Shown here piece after piece: positions 25,396 to 35,682 of a DNA stretch of 64,000 nt. The notes beneath the pieces are model-generated. The model did not search any database, was not told the DNA's origin, and saw only the letters and a program-made list of their open reading frames with translations. Source of the DNA: Dehalococcoidia bacterium (GTDB taxonomy: Bacteria > Chloroflexota > Dehalococcoidia > GIF9 > AB-539-J10); the NCBI GenBank assembly GCA_034414555.1, contig DAOUMA010000020.1, forward strand, positions 43,771 through 107,770, in the 5' to 3' direction. Position 1 is the first letter of the stretch. Every line of letters starts with the position of its first letter. The position numbers were made by a program, and so were the translations under genes.

Positions 25396-26328
25396 TCAGT
25401 CTGCCTTTAGCTGTGAAATTTCTTCGGTGGTCGATATGTTCCGCGTTCGTAGCTCGGGGTTAATCCGCCTGATTAATCCGCTTAGCACCTTTCCTGGTCC
25501 TATTTCGTAGAATGTGGTTACCTTTTCTTGAGCCATGTATTCCACGGAACGTTGCCATTGAATGCAATGGCAAAGCTGGTTCAGGAGCTCTTCCTTTATC
25601 GCGTCTACGTTATCCAGCGGCTGAGCGGTTACATTTGCTATTATGGGAGCTGTTGGAGGATGAAATGTGGTGTTGGAGACAATCTCCCTGAATTCACCGA
25701 CGGCTGGCTCCATTAGACTGGAGTGGAAAGCTCCGCTAACCCTTAGTGGGGTCTGACGTGCACCCTTCGTCCTGGCTAATTTATTAGCTTTATCCAAATT
25801 CTCTATGCCACCGCTGATTACAATTTGTCCGGGGCAGTTGATATTGGCGATGGTGCATCCACTAAGAAGACATAAATCTTCAACGTCTTCTTTGCTAGCC
25901 CCTAATATTGCTATCATTCCCCCCGGTTTCTTTTGTCCTGCTTGGTGCATCAATCTTCCTCTGTGGTGAACTAGGCGAACGGCATCAGTGATGCTGAGCA
26001 CATTGGCAGCTACTAGAGCGGTATATTCTCCTAGGCTATGTCCGGCAACAAAAATGGGGGAAGGAAGATGATCATTGGCTGTTTCCTGAGCTATCTTAAG
26101 GAAGGCAATACTGGTTATCAATATAGCTGGCTGGACATTGTCTGTTCTGGTTAGTGCATCATCTGGACCTTCAAAACATAACCGAGAAAGGGGGAAGCCT
26201 AAAGCATCGTCGGCTTCCTGAAAAACCTCCCTTGCCAGGGAATAGCTATGATACAAGTCTTGCCCCATACCCACTTTCTGAGAGCCTTGGCCGGGGAAGA
26301 TATAAGCTATCTTGGATAGTTCAGTCAC
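25396..26328 (-). CDS. fabD: Malonyl-CoA:ACP transacylase
   Basis: FPGQGSQ, GHSLGEY, VSGAFHS. Confidence 0.96.
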   Translation of the reverse strand: MTELSKIAYIFPGQGSQKVGMGQDLYHSYSLAREVFQEADDALGFPLSRLCFEGPDDALTRTDNVQPAILITSIAFLKIAQETANDHLPSPIFVAGHSLGEYTALVAANVLSITDAVRLVHHRGRLMHQAGQKKPGGMIAILGASKEDVEDLCLLSGCTIANINCPGQIVISGGIENLDKANKLARTKGARQTPLRVSGAFHSSLMEPAVGEFREIVSNTTFHPPTAPIIANVTAQPLDNVDAIKEELLNQLCHCIQWQRSVEYMAQEKVTTFYEIGPGKVLSGLIRRINPELRTRNISTTEEISQLKAD

Positions 26329-26335
26329 GGGTTAG

Positions 26336-26530
26336 TTACCCTTTTCCTTTAGGTGTTTTGACTTCAATGACTTGTATATCACCATAGCTACCGCAGGTGA
26401 GGCAAACGTGATGAGCTAGCTTTGGGCTGTGACATTGTGGACAAGTGTCCAAGGTTGGCAAAGCTAACTTAATGTGGCTTCGCCGTTTACCACGGCGTGC
26501 TTTGGCATATCTCCTCTTAGGTAGAGCCAT
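26336..26530 (-). CDS. rpmF: 50S ribosomal protein L32 (Zn-binding type)
   Basis: MALPKRR, CPQC...HHVCLTCGSY. Confidence 0.95.
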   Translation of the reverse strand: MALPKRRYAKARRGKRRSHIKLALPTLDTCPQCHSPKLAHHVCLTCGSYGDIQVIEVKTPKGKG

Positions 26531-26990
26531 ATGCTTTCATCTCCTTTATTCCAACACAATCAGGGCGACATAGTGGTTTCATAGGTAAATTTAGCAAGAT
26601 ATATTGTCGTATTAATTCTCCTAAGTCAAGTATATGATTTTTATCAATAGTGAAACCTTCTGATTCTTCGGGCAGGTGGAGTGGCAAACCACTGGATATA
26701 TCAATGGTGGGACGCAATTCCTCTTCAATGACAAAATTTATGGAGTAAGGAAAGCGTTTTAGGCAGCGGCTGCAAACAAGTTCCACCCGGACACTTAATT
26801 TACTACGAACTAAAATCCCTTGACCAGCGTGAATTAGCGTTATCTCACCCTCGATAAAGCCTTCAGGTTGCTTCTCAATTATGGTATTAACATCATAGTT
26901 GCGGCTAGAGCCGGTGGGGTCTTTCAGCAATTGAGCTACATTTATTGCCCCGCTTAACTGGCTTTTGTTGAGGTCTTCAACTTTCATCAT
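26517..26990 (-). CDS. YceD/DUF177 family protein
   Basis: CSRCL, LPMKPLCRPDC; upstream of rpmF. Confidence 0.9.
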   Translation of the reverse strand: MMKVEDLNKSQLSGAINVAQLLKDPTGSSRNYDVNTIIEKQPEGFIEGEITLIHAGQGILVRSKLSVRVELVCSRCLKRFPYSINFVIEEELRPTIDISSGLPLHLPEESEGFTIDKNHILDLGELIRQYILLNLPMKPLCRPDCVGIKEMKAYGST

Positions 26991-27057
26991 TGCTAATCAC
27001 ACCTTGTAGTATAAATTATGGGTAAAGTATAATGACTAACTTAAGGGGCTTCAAGCG

Positions 27058-28227
27058 TTGGAAGAGGAAAAACTAAAGGAAAAATTAAAGGCTGAGTTAG
27101 AAATACGCCGTAGTGAATTAGTGCGGCTAAGCTCAGATATCCATGATAATCCTGAGCTAGGCTTTCAGGAAGTGAAGGCAGTATCCTGGCTTAGCAATTA
27201 CTTAGGGAACAATGGATTTTGTGTTGAAAAGGGCATTGCTGGACTGGCTACGGCTTTTCGAGCAACATATGGTGAGGAGAAGCCAAAAATTGCTGTGCTT
27301 GCTGAATATGATGCCTTGCCGGGAATTGGTCATGGTTGTGGACATAATATCATAGCCGCGTCAGCAGTTGGTGCCGCCGTGACCAGTAAGATTGTTGTAG
27401 ATAATCTCGGAGGAAGCATCATAGTCTTAGGCACTCCTGGTGAGGAAACTTTTGGTAGCAAAATAGATATGATCAAGGCTGGCATTTTCGATGATGTGGA
27501 TGTGGCTATGATGATGCATCCCTCGGTGCTAAACATGGCAATTTATCGGACGCTCGCCTGCATTTCGCTTGAAGTGGAGTTTTTTGGCAAAGCAGCTCAT
27601 GCTGCTATTCATCCTGCCGAGGGTGTGAATGCTCTTGAGGCTGTTATTATCGCATTTAACTCCATAAATTCGCTGCGTCAGCATATAAAAGAACAGGCGC
27701 GCATCCACGGTATAATAACTAATGGTGGTGAGGCACCCAATGTGGTGCCTGCTTACAGCGCTGCTAAGTTCATGATTCGTGCCTCTGATTACGCTTACCT
27801 CGAGGGATTGCAAGGCAAAGTGCTAGACTGTTTTAAAGGTGCCTCTTTAGCCAGCGGCGCCAGATTGAAATATCGCTGGGGGGAGAAAGTTTATGCTCCC
27901 ATAAAGAATAATGTAGCTATGGCTCGGCTATTTAGCGATAATCTTGAATCACTGGGGCGTAAATTGGATATTTTTGATTCTCAAGGTTCTTTTGGTAGTT
28001 CGGATATGGGCAATGTTAGCGAGGTGGTTCCCAGCATACATCCCATGGTCGCTATCGCCTCTCCTCCTGTTTGCTTACATTCAACAGAATTCGCTTCCGC
28101 TGCCGCTTCTGAGGCAGGACACCAGGGATTGTTAGATGCTGCTAAAGCGATGGCGATGACTGTGGTTGATATTGTTGGGCGACCTGGGGTGCTGGAGAAG
28201 ATTAAGCAGGAATTTCGTAGTTTTTAG
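27058..28227 (+). CDS. M20 family amidohydrolase (ACY1L2-like)
   Basis: HDNPELGFQE, EYDALP, HGCGHN, GTPGEE, GSSDMGNVS. Confidence 0.92.
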   Translation: MEEEKLKEKLKAELEIRRSELVRLSSDIHDNPELGFQEVKAVSWLSNYLGNNGFCVEKGIAGLATAFRATYGEEKPKIAVLAEYDALPGIGHGCGHNIIAASAVGAAVTSKIVVDNLGGSIIVLGTPGEETFGSKIDMIKAGIFDDVDVAMMMHPSVLNMAIYRTLACISLEVEFFGKAAHAAIHPAEGVNALEAVIIAFNSINSLRQHIKEQARIHGIITNGGEAPNVVPAYSAAKFMIRASDYAYLEGLQGKVLDCFKGASLASGARLKYRWGEKVYAPIKNNVAMARLFSDNLESLGRKLDIFDSQGSFGSSDMGNVSEVVPSIHPMVAIASPPVCLHSTEFASAAASEAGHQGLLDAAKAMAMTVVDIVGRPGVLEKIKQEFRSF

Positions 28228-28230
28228 GCA

Positions 28231-29187
28231 ATGGTTACAGTAGGGATTCCGCGGGCTTTGCTTTATTACCAGTATTATCCTGCATGGAAGGTCTTCTTAG
28301 AGAAGCTGGGTGCGAAAGTAGTGGTATCAGCACCAACCAACAAAAGTATATTAAACTCAGGCGTTGCACGGGGTGTTCAGGATACTTGCTTGCCGGTAAA
28401 GGTCTTTTTTGGACATATCGTTTCATTGGTTAATGAATGTGACGTAATGTTTGTCCCTGCTGTTACCAGTTTAGGCAAGAAGAGTTATAATTGCTCCAAG
28501 CTTATCGGTTTGCCCAATATGGCAAGGGCTCTAATTCCAGAAAGCCCTCCCATTCTTGCCCCAGAGATAAATTGTGAAAAAGGTCGTTACAATTTGTACC
28601 GAAGTATCTATGGGGTGGGACGCTACTTTACCTCTAATCCATTTAAGCTTAAGAGAGCGGTGGAGGAAGCTTGGGCAAGCAATTTAGATTACCAGCGCAA
28701 AATGTCGGATGAAGGAATTACTCCTCTCCAGGCTATTGATTGCCAGCTGTCTCCTGATGTTAATCCTTCTTCATTTACCATCGCAGTTATCGGGCATCCC
28801 TATATTAGCTATGATGAATATATTAGTCATCGGCTTATTTCACAACTACAAAAGAAGGGAGTCAAAGTTGTTACCCCGGAGATGGTATCTCCGGAAGAGC
28901 TTGATGCTGCTACAAGAAGACTGGTGGGAGTTCCTCATTGGTTATTTGAATCCGAAATAATCGGCGCCGGAGAATATTACATGGAAACAGGGGTGGATGG
29001 TATAATTATTGTAGTTGCTTTCGGATGTGGTCCTGATTCGATGATGTTAGGCATGGTGCAGCATCGAGCAAGGGAGTTAAGCGTTCCTATTTTACCACTT
29101 AGTTTGGATGAGCATAGTAGCGAAGGGGGTTTGCTTACTCGATTAGAGGCCTTTTTAGATATGGTCAAGCGGAGGGAAAGAATATGA
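28231..29187 (+). CDS. DUF2229/acyl-CoA dehydratase-activase-related subunit (PlsA C-terminal-like)
   Basis: VGIPRALLYY, DTCLPVKVFFGH, NCSKLIGLP, AFGCGPD, LDEHSSEGGLLTRLEAF. Confidence 0.8.
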   Translation: MVTVGIPRALLYYQYYPAWKVFLEKLGAKVVVSAPTNKSILNSGVARGVQDTCLPVKVFFGHIVSLVNECDVMFVPAVTSLGKKSYNCSKLIGLPNMARALIPESPPILAPEINCEKGRYNLYRSIYGVGRYFTSNPFKLKRAVEEAWASNLDYQRKMSDEGITPLQAIDCQLSPDVNPSSFTIAVIGHPYISYDEYISHRLISQLQKKGVKVVTPEMVSPEELDAATRRLVGVPHWLFESEIIGAGEYYMETGVDGIIIVVAFGCGPDSMMLGMVQHRARELSVPILPLSLDEHSSEGGLLTRLEAFLDMVKRRERI

Positions 29188-30287
29188 GTGTAGGCTTTCC
29201 TCATTTCGGCAATGTTTATATCCCGATAAAAGCTATGGCAAGGAGACTGGGGGCTCCTGATGGTAAGGTAATAATTCCACCGCCGATAACACAACGCACA
29301 TTGGACCTCGGTGTTAAGTACTCACCGCAGGAAGCTTGCTTGCCGTATAAGCTCACCTTGGGTAGCTTGATTGAGGCTTGTGAGCTAGGTGCCGATACTC
29401 TGATTCAGGCAAGAGGGACTGGAATTTGCCGCTTAGGTTATTATGCTAAGGGTCAAGAGCAAATGCTGCAAGATCTGGGTTATAATGCTCATTTCCTCAC
29501 TTTGGATGTCTCTCACAACAAGTTTATAAGCATTATTCGACTTATACAGGGTATGAGCGATAATACCCCTTGGCGTGAAATTATCTCGGCATTTTTTTTC
29601 AGCATCGGTAAATTATCTGCGTTGGATAGAGTAGAGAAGGTGGTTCAGAGAGTACAGGCAGTGGAGGTTGAAAAAGGAACAGCTAGCCGGATTTACCGGG
29701 AGGCTGTCAATGCCGTTGATGAAGCAACCGACAGTAAGGAAATCAAGAAAATAACTAAAGAGTATATCCATAAATTAACACAGGTGCCCAAAGACACTAC
29801 TGCTAAGCCACTCAAAGTAGGCATTGTCGGGGAGATTTACGTGGTTATCGAGCCTTTCGCTAATATGGATATAGAAGTGGAATTGGGCAAGTTAGGAATA
29901 GAGGTAGAGCGAACCCTGACTCTTTCCCGATGGGTTAAATATAGTCTGTTTCTTAACTATCTTGGGGTAGATGAATGGAAGGAGGTTCATAAATTGGCTG
30001 GTCCTTATGTCGACCATGATATTGGTGGTGATGGTTGGGAATCGGTAGGGGAGAAGGTGCTCTATGATCACGAAGGGTTTGATGGTGTAATCCATTTAGC
30101 CCCTTTTACCTGTATGCCAGAGATAGTAGCTGAGAATATTATGTCATCGACAAAGGAGGATATACCCGTACTGGCTATTACTTGCGATGAACAGCAGAGT
30201 AAGCAGGGGATGTTGACCCGACTTGAGGCTTTCGTAGACTTAATAGGCTTTAGAAGGCGGAGAAAGGAGCATGGGAGAAGAGTTTAA
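29184..30287 (+). CDS. 2-hydroxyacyl-CoA dehydratase D-like subunit (PlsR-like)
   Basis: SPQEACLPYK, GICRLGYY, GIVGEIY, PFTCMPEIV, DEQ...TRLEAFVD. Confidence 0.8.
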   Translation: MSVGFPHFGNVYIPIKAMARRLGAPDGKVIIPPPITQRTLDLGVKYSPQEACLPYKLTLGSLIEACELGADTLIQARGTGICRLGYYAKGQEQMLQDLGYNAHFLTLDVSHNKFISIIRLIQGMSDNTPWREIISAFFFSIGKLSALDRVEKVVQRVQAVEVEKGTASRIYREAVNAVDEATDSKEIKKITKEYIHKLTQVPKDTTAKPLKVGIVGEIYVVIEPFANMDIEVELGKLGIEVERTLTLSRWVKYSLFLNYLGVDEWKEVHKLAGPYVDHDIGGDGWESVGEKVLYDHEGFDGVIHLAPFTCMPEIVAENIMSSTKEDIPVLAITCDEQQSKQGMLTRLEAFVDLIGFRRRRKEHGRRV

Positions 30288-30480
30288 AAATCTGAACAAG
30301 CTTGTCAAAAGTAAGCAGATGATAGTATTCTTTATTGTTATGAGCATCGGTTCGATTTTGTTTTACCCTATTTTAAAATTAAAGCAAAGAAAAGCGCTGG
30401 AATTGCAGGAAGACATAAAAGCCTCTAATCGGGGCAAATTTAGGAAGTTTGGTGGGACTTCTCTTGGGAAGTTAGAGTAG
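30271..30480 (+). CDS. Small single-TM hypothetical protein inside the activase operon
   Basis: 69 aa, hydrophobic segment MIVFFIVMSIGSILFYPIL; overlaps the upstream gene by 17 nt and ends 2 nt before the next ATG. Confidence 0.4.
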   Translation: MGEEFKNLNKLVKSKQMIVFFIVMSIGSILFYPILKLKQRKALELQEDIKASNRGKFRKFGGTSLGKLE

Positions 30481-30482
30481 AT

Positions 30483-31454
30483 ATGAAGGCTTATCTTGGC
30501 ATTGATGTTGGCTCGGTCACTACGAAATTAGCTTTGCTTGGTGAGGATGACCAGCTTATAGCCTCTACTTATCTGCGAACTCGGGGTAACCCGGTAAACA
30601 TGGTGAAACAGGGGCTGAGGGAAATAAAGAAGCAAATGTCGCGTGAAGTCGAAATTAGTGGGGTAGCCACTACTGGAAGTGGTCGTTATCTGGCTAGTGT
30701 GCTTGTTGGTGCTGATTTGGTGAAGAATGAGATTACCACTCATGCTGTTGCTGCCATGCAACATATACCTGATGTGCAAACAATTTTTGAAATAGGTGGC
30801 CAGGATAGCAAAATTATTGTAATCCGTGATGGTGTGGTCATTGATTTTGGTATGAATTCAGTATGTGCTGCTGGAACGGGAAGCTTCTTGGAGCATCAAG
30901 CGGAGCGTTTGAATGTAAGGATTGAGGATTTTGGAGAGCATGCTTTAAGGAGTGAGAATCCAGCGCGTATCGCTGGGAGGTGTACTGTTTTTGCTGAATC
31001 AGATATGATTCATAAACAGCAACTAGGATATCCTCTCGATGACATTATTTACGGTTTATGTCAATCCTTAGTGCGCAATTATCTTAATAATGTTGCTCTG
31101 GGCAAGGAAATTCAGCCCAGATTAGTATTTCAGGGTGGTGTTGCTTTCAATAAAGGGATAATCAGGGCATTTAATGAGGCTTTCGACTCTGGAGTTTACG
31201 TCCCACCCCACAATGAACTTATGGGTGCTATAGGGGCTGCCATTCTGGTGCACGAGGAAATGGAAATTAAGCAGGATCATCATAAGAGTAATTTTAAGGG
31301 ATTTGGTATCAGTGACATAGAATTCAAGACCTCTTCTTTCATATGTAAAGCTTGCCCGAATTTATGTGAAATCTCTCAAATTTCTGCTGATAGTAAAGTT
31401 TTAGCCCGGTGGGGAGGGCGTTGTGATATGTGGGAGAGGGTTCCAGAGAGCTAG
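30483..31454 (+). CDS. Acyl-CoA dehydratase activase (BadF/BadG/BcrA/BcrD ATPase, 4Fe-4S)
   Basis: GIDVGSVTTK, TTGSGR, EIGGQDSK, MNSVCAAGTG, RCTVFAES, C-terminal CKACPNLC...GGRC. Confidence 0.92.
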   Translation: MKAYLGIDVGSVTTKLALLGEDDQLIASTYLRTRGNPVNMVKQGLREIKKQMSREVEISGVATTGSGRYLASVLVGADLVKNEITTHAVAAMQHIPDVQTIFEIGGQDSKIIVIRDGVVIDFGMNSVCAAGTGSFLEHQAERLNVRIEDFGEHALRSENPARIAGRCTVFAESDMIHKQQLGYPLDDIIYGLCQSLVRNYLNNVALGKEIQPRLVFQGGVAFNKGIIRAFNEAFDSGVYVPPHNELMGAIGAAILVHEEMEIKQDHHKSNFKGFGISDIEFKTSSFICKACPNLCEISQISADSKVLARWGGRCDMWERVPES

Positions 31455-31466
31455 TCTCCTTTGTGT

Positions 31467-32387
31467 ATGGCTAGAAAATATCAATTGATCATCGTTGGTG
31501 GTGGTCCTGCAGGGCTTACTGCGGGACTTTATAGTGCTAGAGGGGGACTCAAGGTATTGCTCATCGAAAAGGAGGTAATTGGTGGGCAAATTGCCAATGC
31601 TGACCGTGTAGAAAACTATCCTGGCTTCCCGGAAGGTATTTCTGGATTTGAGTTGGCGCGGCTTATCCATCAACAAGCTACGAATCATGGATTGGAAACT
31701 ATGTCTGGTGAAGTTACTGGATTAAAATCCCGTTATGGTAGCAACATAGTCAACACCGCTGAGGGTGATTTTATAGCTCAAGCGGTGATAATCGCTGGAG
31801 GGTTGCAATTTCGTAAATTAGAAGTGCCTGGTGAAGGTGAATTCCTAGGTAAAGGAGTTTCTTATTGTGCTACTTGTGACGGTCCATTATTTCGAGATAA
31901 AGCAGTGGCGGTAGTTGGAGGTGGAGATACTGCTGTTACTGATGCTCTTTCTCTGAGCAAGTTTGCTTCTTCGGTGAAGGTTATCCATCGCCGTAATCAG
32001 TTGCGAGCGAGCAGGGTATTACAGAGAAGAGCGCAAACTGAGCCCAAAATAGAATTTATATGGGATAGTGTGGTAACTGATGTGAAAGGAAAGGAAAAGC
32101 TCACTGATTTAGTGCTTAAAAATACCAAAAATGGTACAATATCATTGGTAGCTGTAGATGGTGTCTTTGTCGCCATCGGGTTAGTTCCTAATACTAAATA
32201 TCTGCGGGGAGTTTTGCCTCTCGATGAAGGGGGATACGTAATTACTACCGAGCTGATGGAGACAACAGTGCCTGGTATATTTGCGGCAGGTGATATTCGT
32301 CATAACTCAGTGAAGCAGGCAATAGTTGCTGCTGGAAATGGTGCTGTTGCGGCGTTATCAGCGGAGTGGTTCATCGATTCGCTATGA
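31467..32387 (+). CDS. trxB: Thioredoxin reductase
   Basis: [28 protein letters not shown]. Confidence 0.96.
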   Translation: MARKYQLIIVGGGPAGLTAGLYSARGGLKVLLIEKEVIGGQIANADRVENYPGFPEGISGFELARLIHQQATNHGLETMSGEVTGLKSRYGSNIVNTAEGDFIAQAVIIAGGLQFRKLEVPGEGEFLGKGVSYCATCDGPLFRDKAVAVVGGGDTAVTDALSLSKFASSVKVIHRRNQLRASRVLQRRAQTEPKIEFIWDSVVTDVKGKEKLTDLVLKNTKNGTISLVAVDGVFVAIGLVPNTKYLRGVLPLDEGGYVITTELMETTVPGIFAAGDIRHNSVKQAIVAAGNGAVAALSAEWFIDSL

Positions 32388-32836
32388 AAGTTATTTTTTT
32401 GGCGGACATTCCTTCGAAGGGGAAGGCAGGGGAGATAAAGTCGGTAAGTGATGGATATGCACGAAACTTCCTTTTCCCCAGGGGGTTGGCCCAGGTAGCA
32501 ACACCTGAGGTGGTAAAACAGGCTGAGATCAGTCTGCGGAAGAAAGTGACTGAAGAAAGCTTAGACAAGGAAAAGATGGTCAAGTTGGCTGAGCAAATTG
32601 AAGGAATTCAAATTTGCCTCAAGGCCCATGCCGGCGCTGAAGACCGTCTTTTCGGTTCTATCACTGAAGCTAATATTGCTGAAGAACTAAGCAAAGTTGT
32701 GGATGCTCCTATTGATAAGAGGCAAGTAGTTTTGGATAATCCATTGCGCCAGATAGGTGAATATGAGGTTACTATCAAACTGGCTAGAGATTTGGAGTCG
32801 CGAATCAAGGTAATTGTCGAGCCGGGGGAAGCTTAA
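32384..32836 (+). CDS. rplI: 50S ribosomal protein L9
   Basis: [23 protein letters not shown]. Confidence 0.96.
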   Translation: MKVIFLADIPSKGKAGEIKSVSDGYARNFLFPRGLAQVATPEVVKQAEISLRKKVTEESLDKEKMVKLAEQIEGIQICLKAHAGAEDRLFGSITEANIAEELSKVVDAPIDKRQVVLDNPLRQIGEYEVTIKLARDLESRIKVIVEPGEA

Positions 32837-32837
32837 A

Positions 32838-34223
32838 ATGATAGCAGAAAAATTACCACCTCATGATATTGAGGCAGAAGAAGCGGTAATCGGTTCCTTG
32901 ATTGTTGACCCTGATGCTATATTTAAGATAGTGACGTTCCTTGCTCCCGAAGACTTTTTTGACGAAACCCACAGGGTAATTTATCAAGCTTGTTTATCCC
33001 TTCACCAACGCAACGAAGTTATAAACCAGATTACAGTAGCGCATGAGTTAATGCGACAAAACAGGTTGGAACAGATTGGTGGAGCTGCTTATTTGAGCCA
33101 TTTGATATCCATTACACCTACACCGCTCTATGTTGAGCATTATGCTCGGATAATATCCAATGCCGCGGCAATGAGGCGATTAATTGTTGCTGCGGGACAG
33201 ATTGCTGCTATTGGATATGAAGCAGGGGCTGACGTTGAGTCCACTCTAAACAAAGCTGTGGACATTCTCTTTCAAGTAGGGAGTAAAGGGGTCCCAACAA
33301 ATTTGGTTCTGATTCGTGATCTCCTGAGCAAGTATTTTGAAGAAGTGGGGCAAACCTCATTAGGGGAAAAGCAAATACCTCGTATTTTAACTGGCTTTAT
33401 TGGGTTAGATGAGTTATTGGGTGGATTACAAAGGTCAGATTTAATCATTTTGGCAGCAAGACCAGCGGTGGGGAAAACGAGTTTAGCCCTGAATGTCGCT
33501 AGGAATGCTGCTATTGAGCAGAAAGCCTGTGTTGCCCTTTTTAGTCTAGAGATGTCTCGGGATACAATTGTTCAGCGTCTGTTGTCCTCCGAAGCGAAGG
33601 TGGATTCCAAGGATGTTCGTTTGGGACATTTTACTGAAAGGGAGGAGAGACGGATTATGGACGCCAGTGGAGTTTTATCAGAGGCGCCAATTTATATTGA
33701 TGATGCCCCTCAGCAGCGTGTTATGGATATAGGAAGTAAGGCGAAACGTCTTCATCGTGAGCATGGCATTGACCTGATTGTTATTGATTATCTGCAATTG
33801 ATACAGGGTGATGGCAGGAATGTGCCCCGAGTTCAGGAAATGAGCAATATAACTCGTTCAATAAAGGGGTTGGCTAGGGAATTGAATGTGCCGGTGCTTG
33901 CAGTATCTCAACTTAGCCGTGCTGTGGAATGGCGTGCCTCTCACAAACCTCAGCTCTCTGACCTGCGGGAGAGCGGTAGTATTGAGCAAGATGCTGATGT
34001 TGTATTCTTTATCCATAGAGAGTCTATGTATTGTGAGGAAGATGAATGGAACAGGACACACGATGTGGAGAAGGAGCCCTATCCTAGAAATGAGGCTGAT
34101 ATTATTGTTGAAAAGCATCGAAATGGTCCGCTGGGTATGGTGAAATTGCGTTTTCTTCCGTGGTTCTCTCGATTTGATAATGTAGAAGTAGTGCCAGCCC
34201 CTAGTTCTGAGGAGTTAATATAA
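32838..34223 (+). CDS. dnaB: Replicative DNA helicase
   Basis: PPHDIEAE, AARPAVGKT, FSLEM, IDYLQL, SQLSR, LRESGSIEQDAD; no intein. Confidence 0.97.
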   Translation: MIAEKLPPHDIEAEEAVIGSLIVDPDAIFKIVTFLAPEDFFDETHRVIYQACLSLHQRNEVINQITVAHELMRQNRLEQIGGAAYLSHLISITPTPLYVEHYARIISNAAAMRRLIVAAGQIAAIGYEAGADVESTLNKAVDILFQVGSKGVPTNLVLIRDLLSKYFEEVGQTSLGEKQIPRILTGFIGLDELLGGLQRSDLIILAARPAVGKTSLALNVARNAAIEQKACVALFSLEMSRDTIVQRLLSSEAKVDSKDVRLGHFTEREERRIMDASGVLSEAPIYIDDAPQQRVMDIGSKAKRLHREHGIDLIVIDYLQLIQGDGRNVPRVQEMSNITRSIKGLARELNVPVLAVSQLSRAVEWRASHKPQLSDLRESGSIEQDADVVFFIHRESMYCEEDEWNRTHDVEKEPYPRNEADIIVEKHRNGPLGMVKLRFLPWFSRFDNVEVVPAPSSEELI

Positions 34224-34224
34224 C

Positions 34225-34875
34225 GTGACAAATAAAAACTTGCCTGCTTTTCTGAGAGATGAGGATTTTGTCCTTTTACCTGAATCATTTTTTACTCAAG
34301 CAATACCTGAAATAGAGGATATAGCCGAGCTCAAGGTGGTTCTTTGCTTTTTCTATTTACTCCATCGTAAGCAGGGGTATCATGAGTTTATCACCCATGG
34401 GGAATTGCTATCCTATTGTGTTCCTGTTATCGGGGAACCGGGGTTCTACAGTGGTTTAAGAGCGGCTATAAAGGGGGAGGTTATTTTATCACTTAGTAAG
34501 GATATTAATGGAAGGCAGGAAGATGTTTACTTCGCTAACAAGGAGGCTCTAGATAGGGCGAGCCGCGGGATAATTCCTAAACAGGCAGCACAACCACTCA
34601 ATATCTTTACTCTTTATGAGCAGAATATAGGTTTGATAACGCCACTGGTGGCTGAAGAGCTTAAAGAAGCGGCGAAAGTTTATCCAGCACAGTGGATAGA
34701 GGAAGCTTTTAAAGAAGCGGTTAACATGAATAAGCGTAGTTGGAAATACATCTCTCGTATCCTTGAGAGATGGGCTAGCGAGGGTAAAGATAGTGGAGAG
34801 TATAGACAAGGTATTAAAAAGAGCGATGCCAATAAATACATTAAGGGCAGATACGGGCACCTCGTCAAAAGATAA
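34225..34875 (+). CDS. DnaD domain protein
   Basis: NIFTLYEQNIG, WIEEAFKEAV, WKYISRILERW. Confidence 0.88.
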   Translation: MTNKNLPAFLRDEDFVLLPESFFTQAIPEIEDIAELKVVLCFFYLLHRKQGYHEFITHGELLSYCVPVIGEPGFYSGLRAAIKGEVILSLSKDINGRQEDVYFANKEALDRASRGIIPKQAAQPLNIFTLYEQNIGLITPLVAEELKEAAKVYPAQWIEEAFKEAVNMNKRSWKYISRILERWASEGKDSGEYRQGIKKSDANKYIKGRYGHLVKR

Positions 34876-35629
34876 CCAAGATAGTAAGGAAGTTTGTCCT
34901 ATTTGCAAAGGGGCTGGGCTTGTTCATCCTCTTCTAGCCTCGGGGCAACCTGATTTCAGCAATGTGGTTCCCTGTCAGTGTAAGAAGGAGGAGCTGGAGG
35001 AGAAGAAACTGCAGTATCTCCAAAAATATAGTAATCTTGGCTCATTATTGCAGATGATGACCTTCGATAATTTTGACTATAAGCGGATGAACCTCTCTCT
35101 GGAGCAACGTCAAAATCTGCGAAAAGCCTTTGATGTAGCAAAGGACTTTGCACATTCTCCAGAGGGTTGGTTGGTATTTCAAGGTGTCAATGGCTGTGGC
35201 AAAACTCATTTAGCAGCAGCTATTGCTAATCATCGATTAAAACAAGGCAAGCCAGTCTTATTCATAGTGGTTCCTGACCTCCTTGACCATCTGCGCTCTA
35301 CCTTCAACCCGGAGAGCAAAATATCATATGATGATGTTTTTGAAACGATAAAGCAGTCTCCTTTGCTAATACTCGATGACTTTGGCGAGCAATCTGCTAC
35401 TCCTTGGGCTCAGGAAAAGCTATACCAATTAATTAATCACCGGTACAATGCCAGGTCACCGATGGTGGTTACCACTTGTCTTTCCCTGGATGAGATTGAG
35501 ACCAGAATCAGCTCACGAATGGGAGATCCCAAATTAAGTTTAGTGTTCAATATCACTGCCCCTGATTATCGTAGTGACATAAAACCTATTCAGTCCGCCG
35601 AACGCTCCTCGCGAAAACGCTATTCCTAA
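34826..35629 (+). CDS. DnaC/DnaI-like helicase loader ATPase (IstB-like AAA+); start uncertain
   Basis: CPICKG...PCQC Zn motif, GVNGCGKTHLA, LILDDFG; follows dnaB-dnaD. Confidence 0.85.
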   Translation: MPINTLRADTGTSSKDNQDSKEVCPICKGAGLVHPLLASGQPDFSNVVPCQCKKEELEEKKLQYLQKYSNLGSLLQMMTFDNFDYKRMNLSLEQRQNLRKAFDVAKDFAHSPEGWLVFQGVNGCGKTHLAAAIANHRLKQGKPVLFIVVPDLLDHLRSTFNPESKISYDDVFETIKQSPLLILDDFGEQSATPWAQEKLYQLINHRYNARSPMVVTTCLSLDEIETRISSRMGDPKLSLVFNITAPDYRSDIKPIQSAERSSRKRYS

Positions 35630-35682
35630 AAAACATTTTATTGCAATAAGCGCATATCGTTGTTAAAATAAGGCAACGTTAT

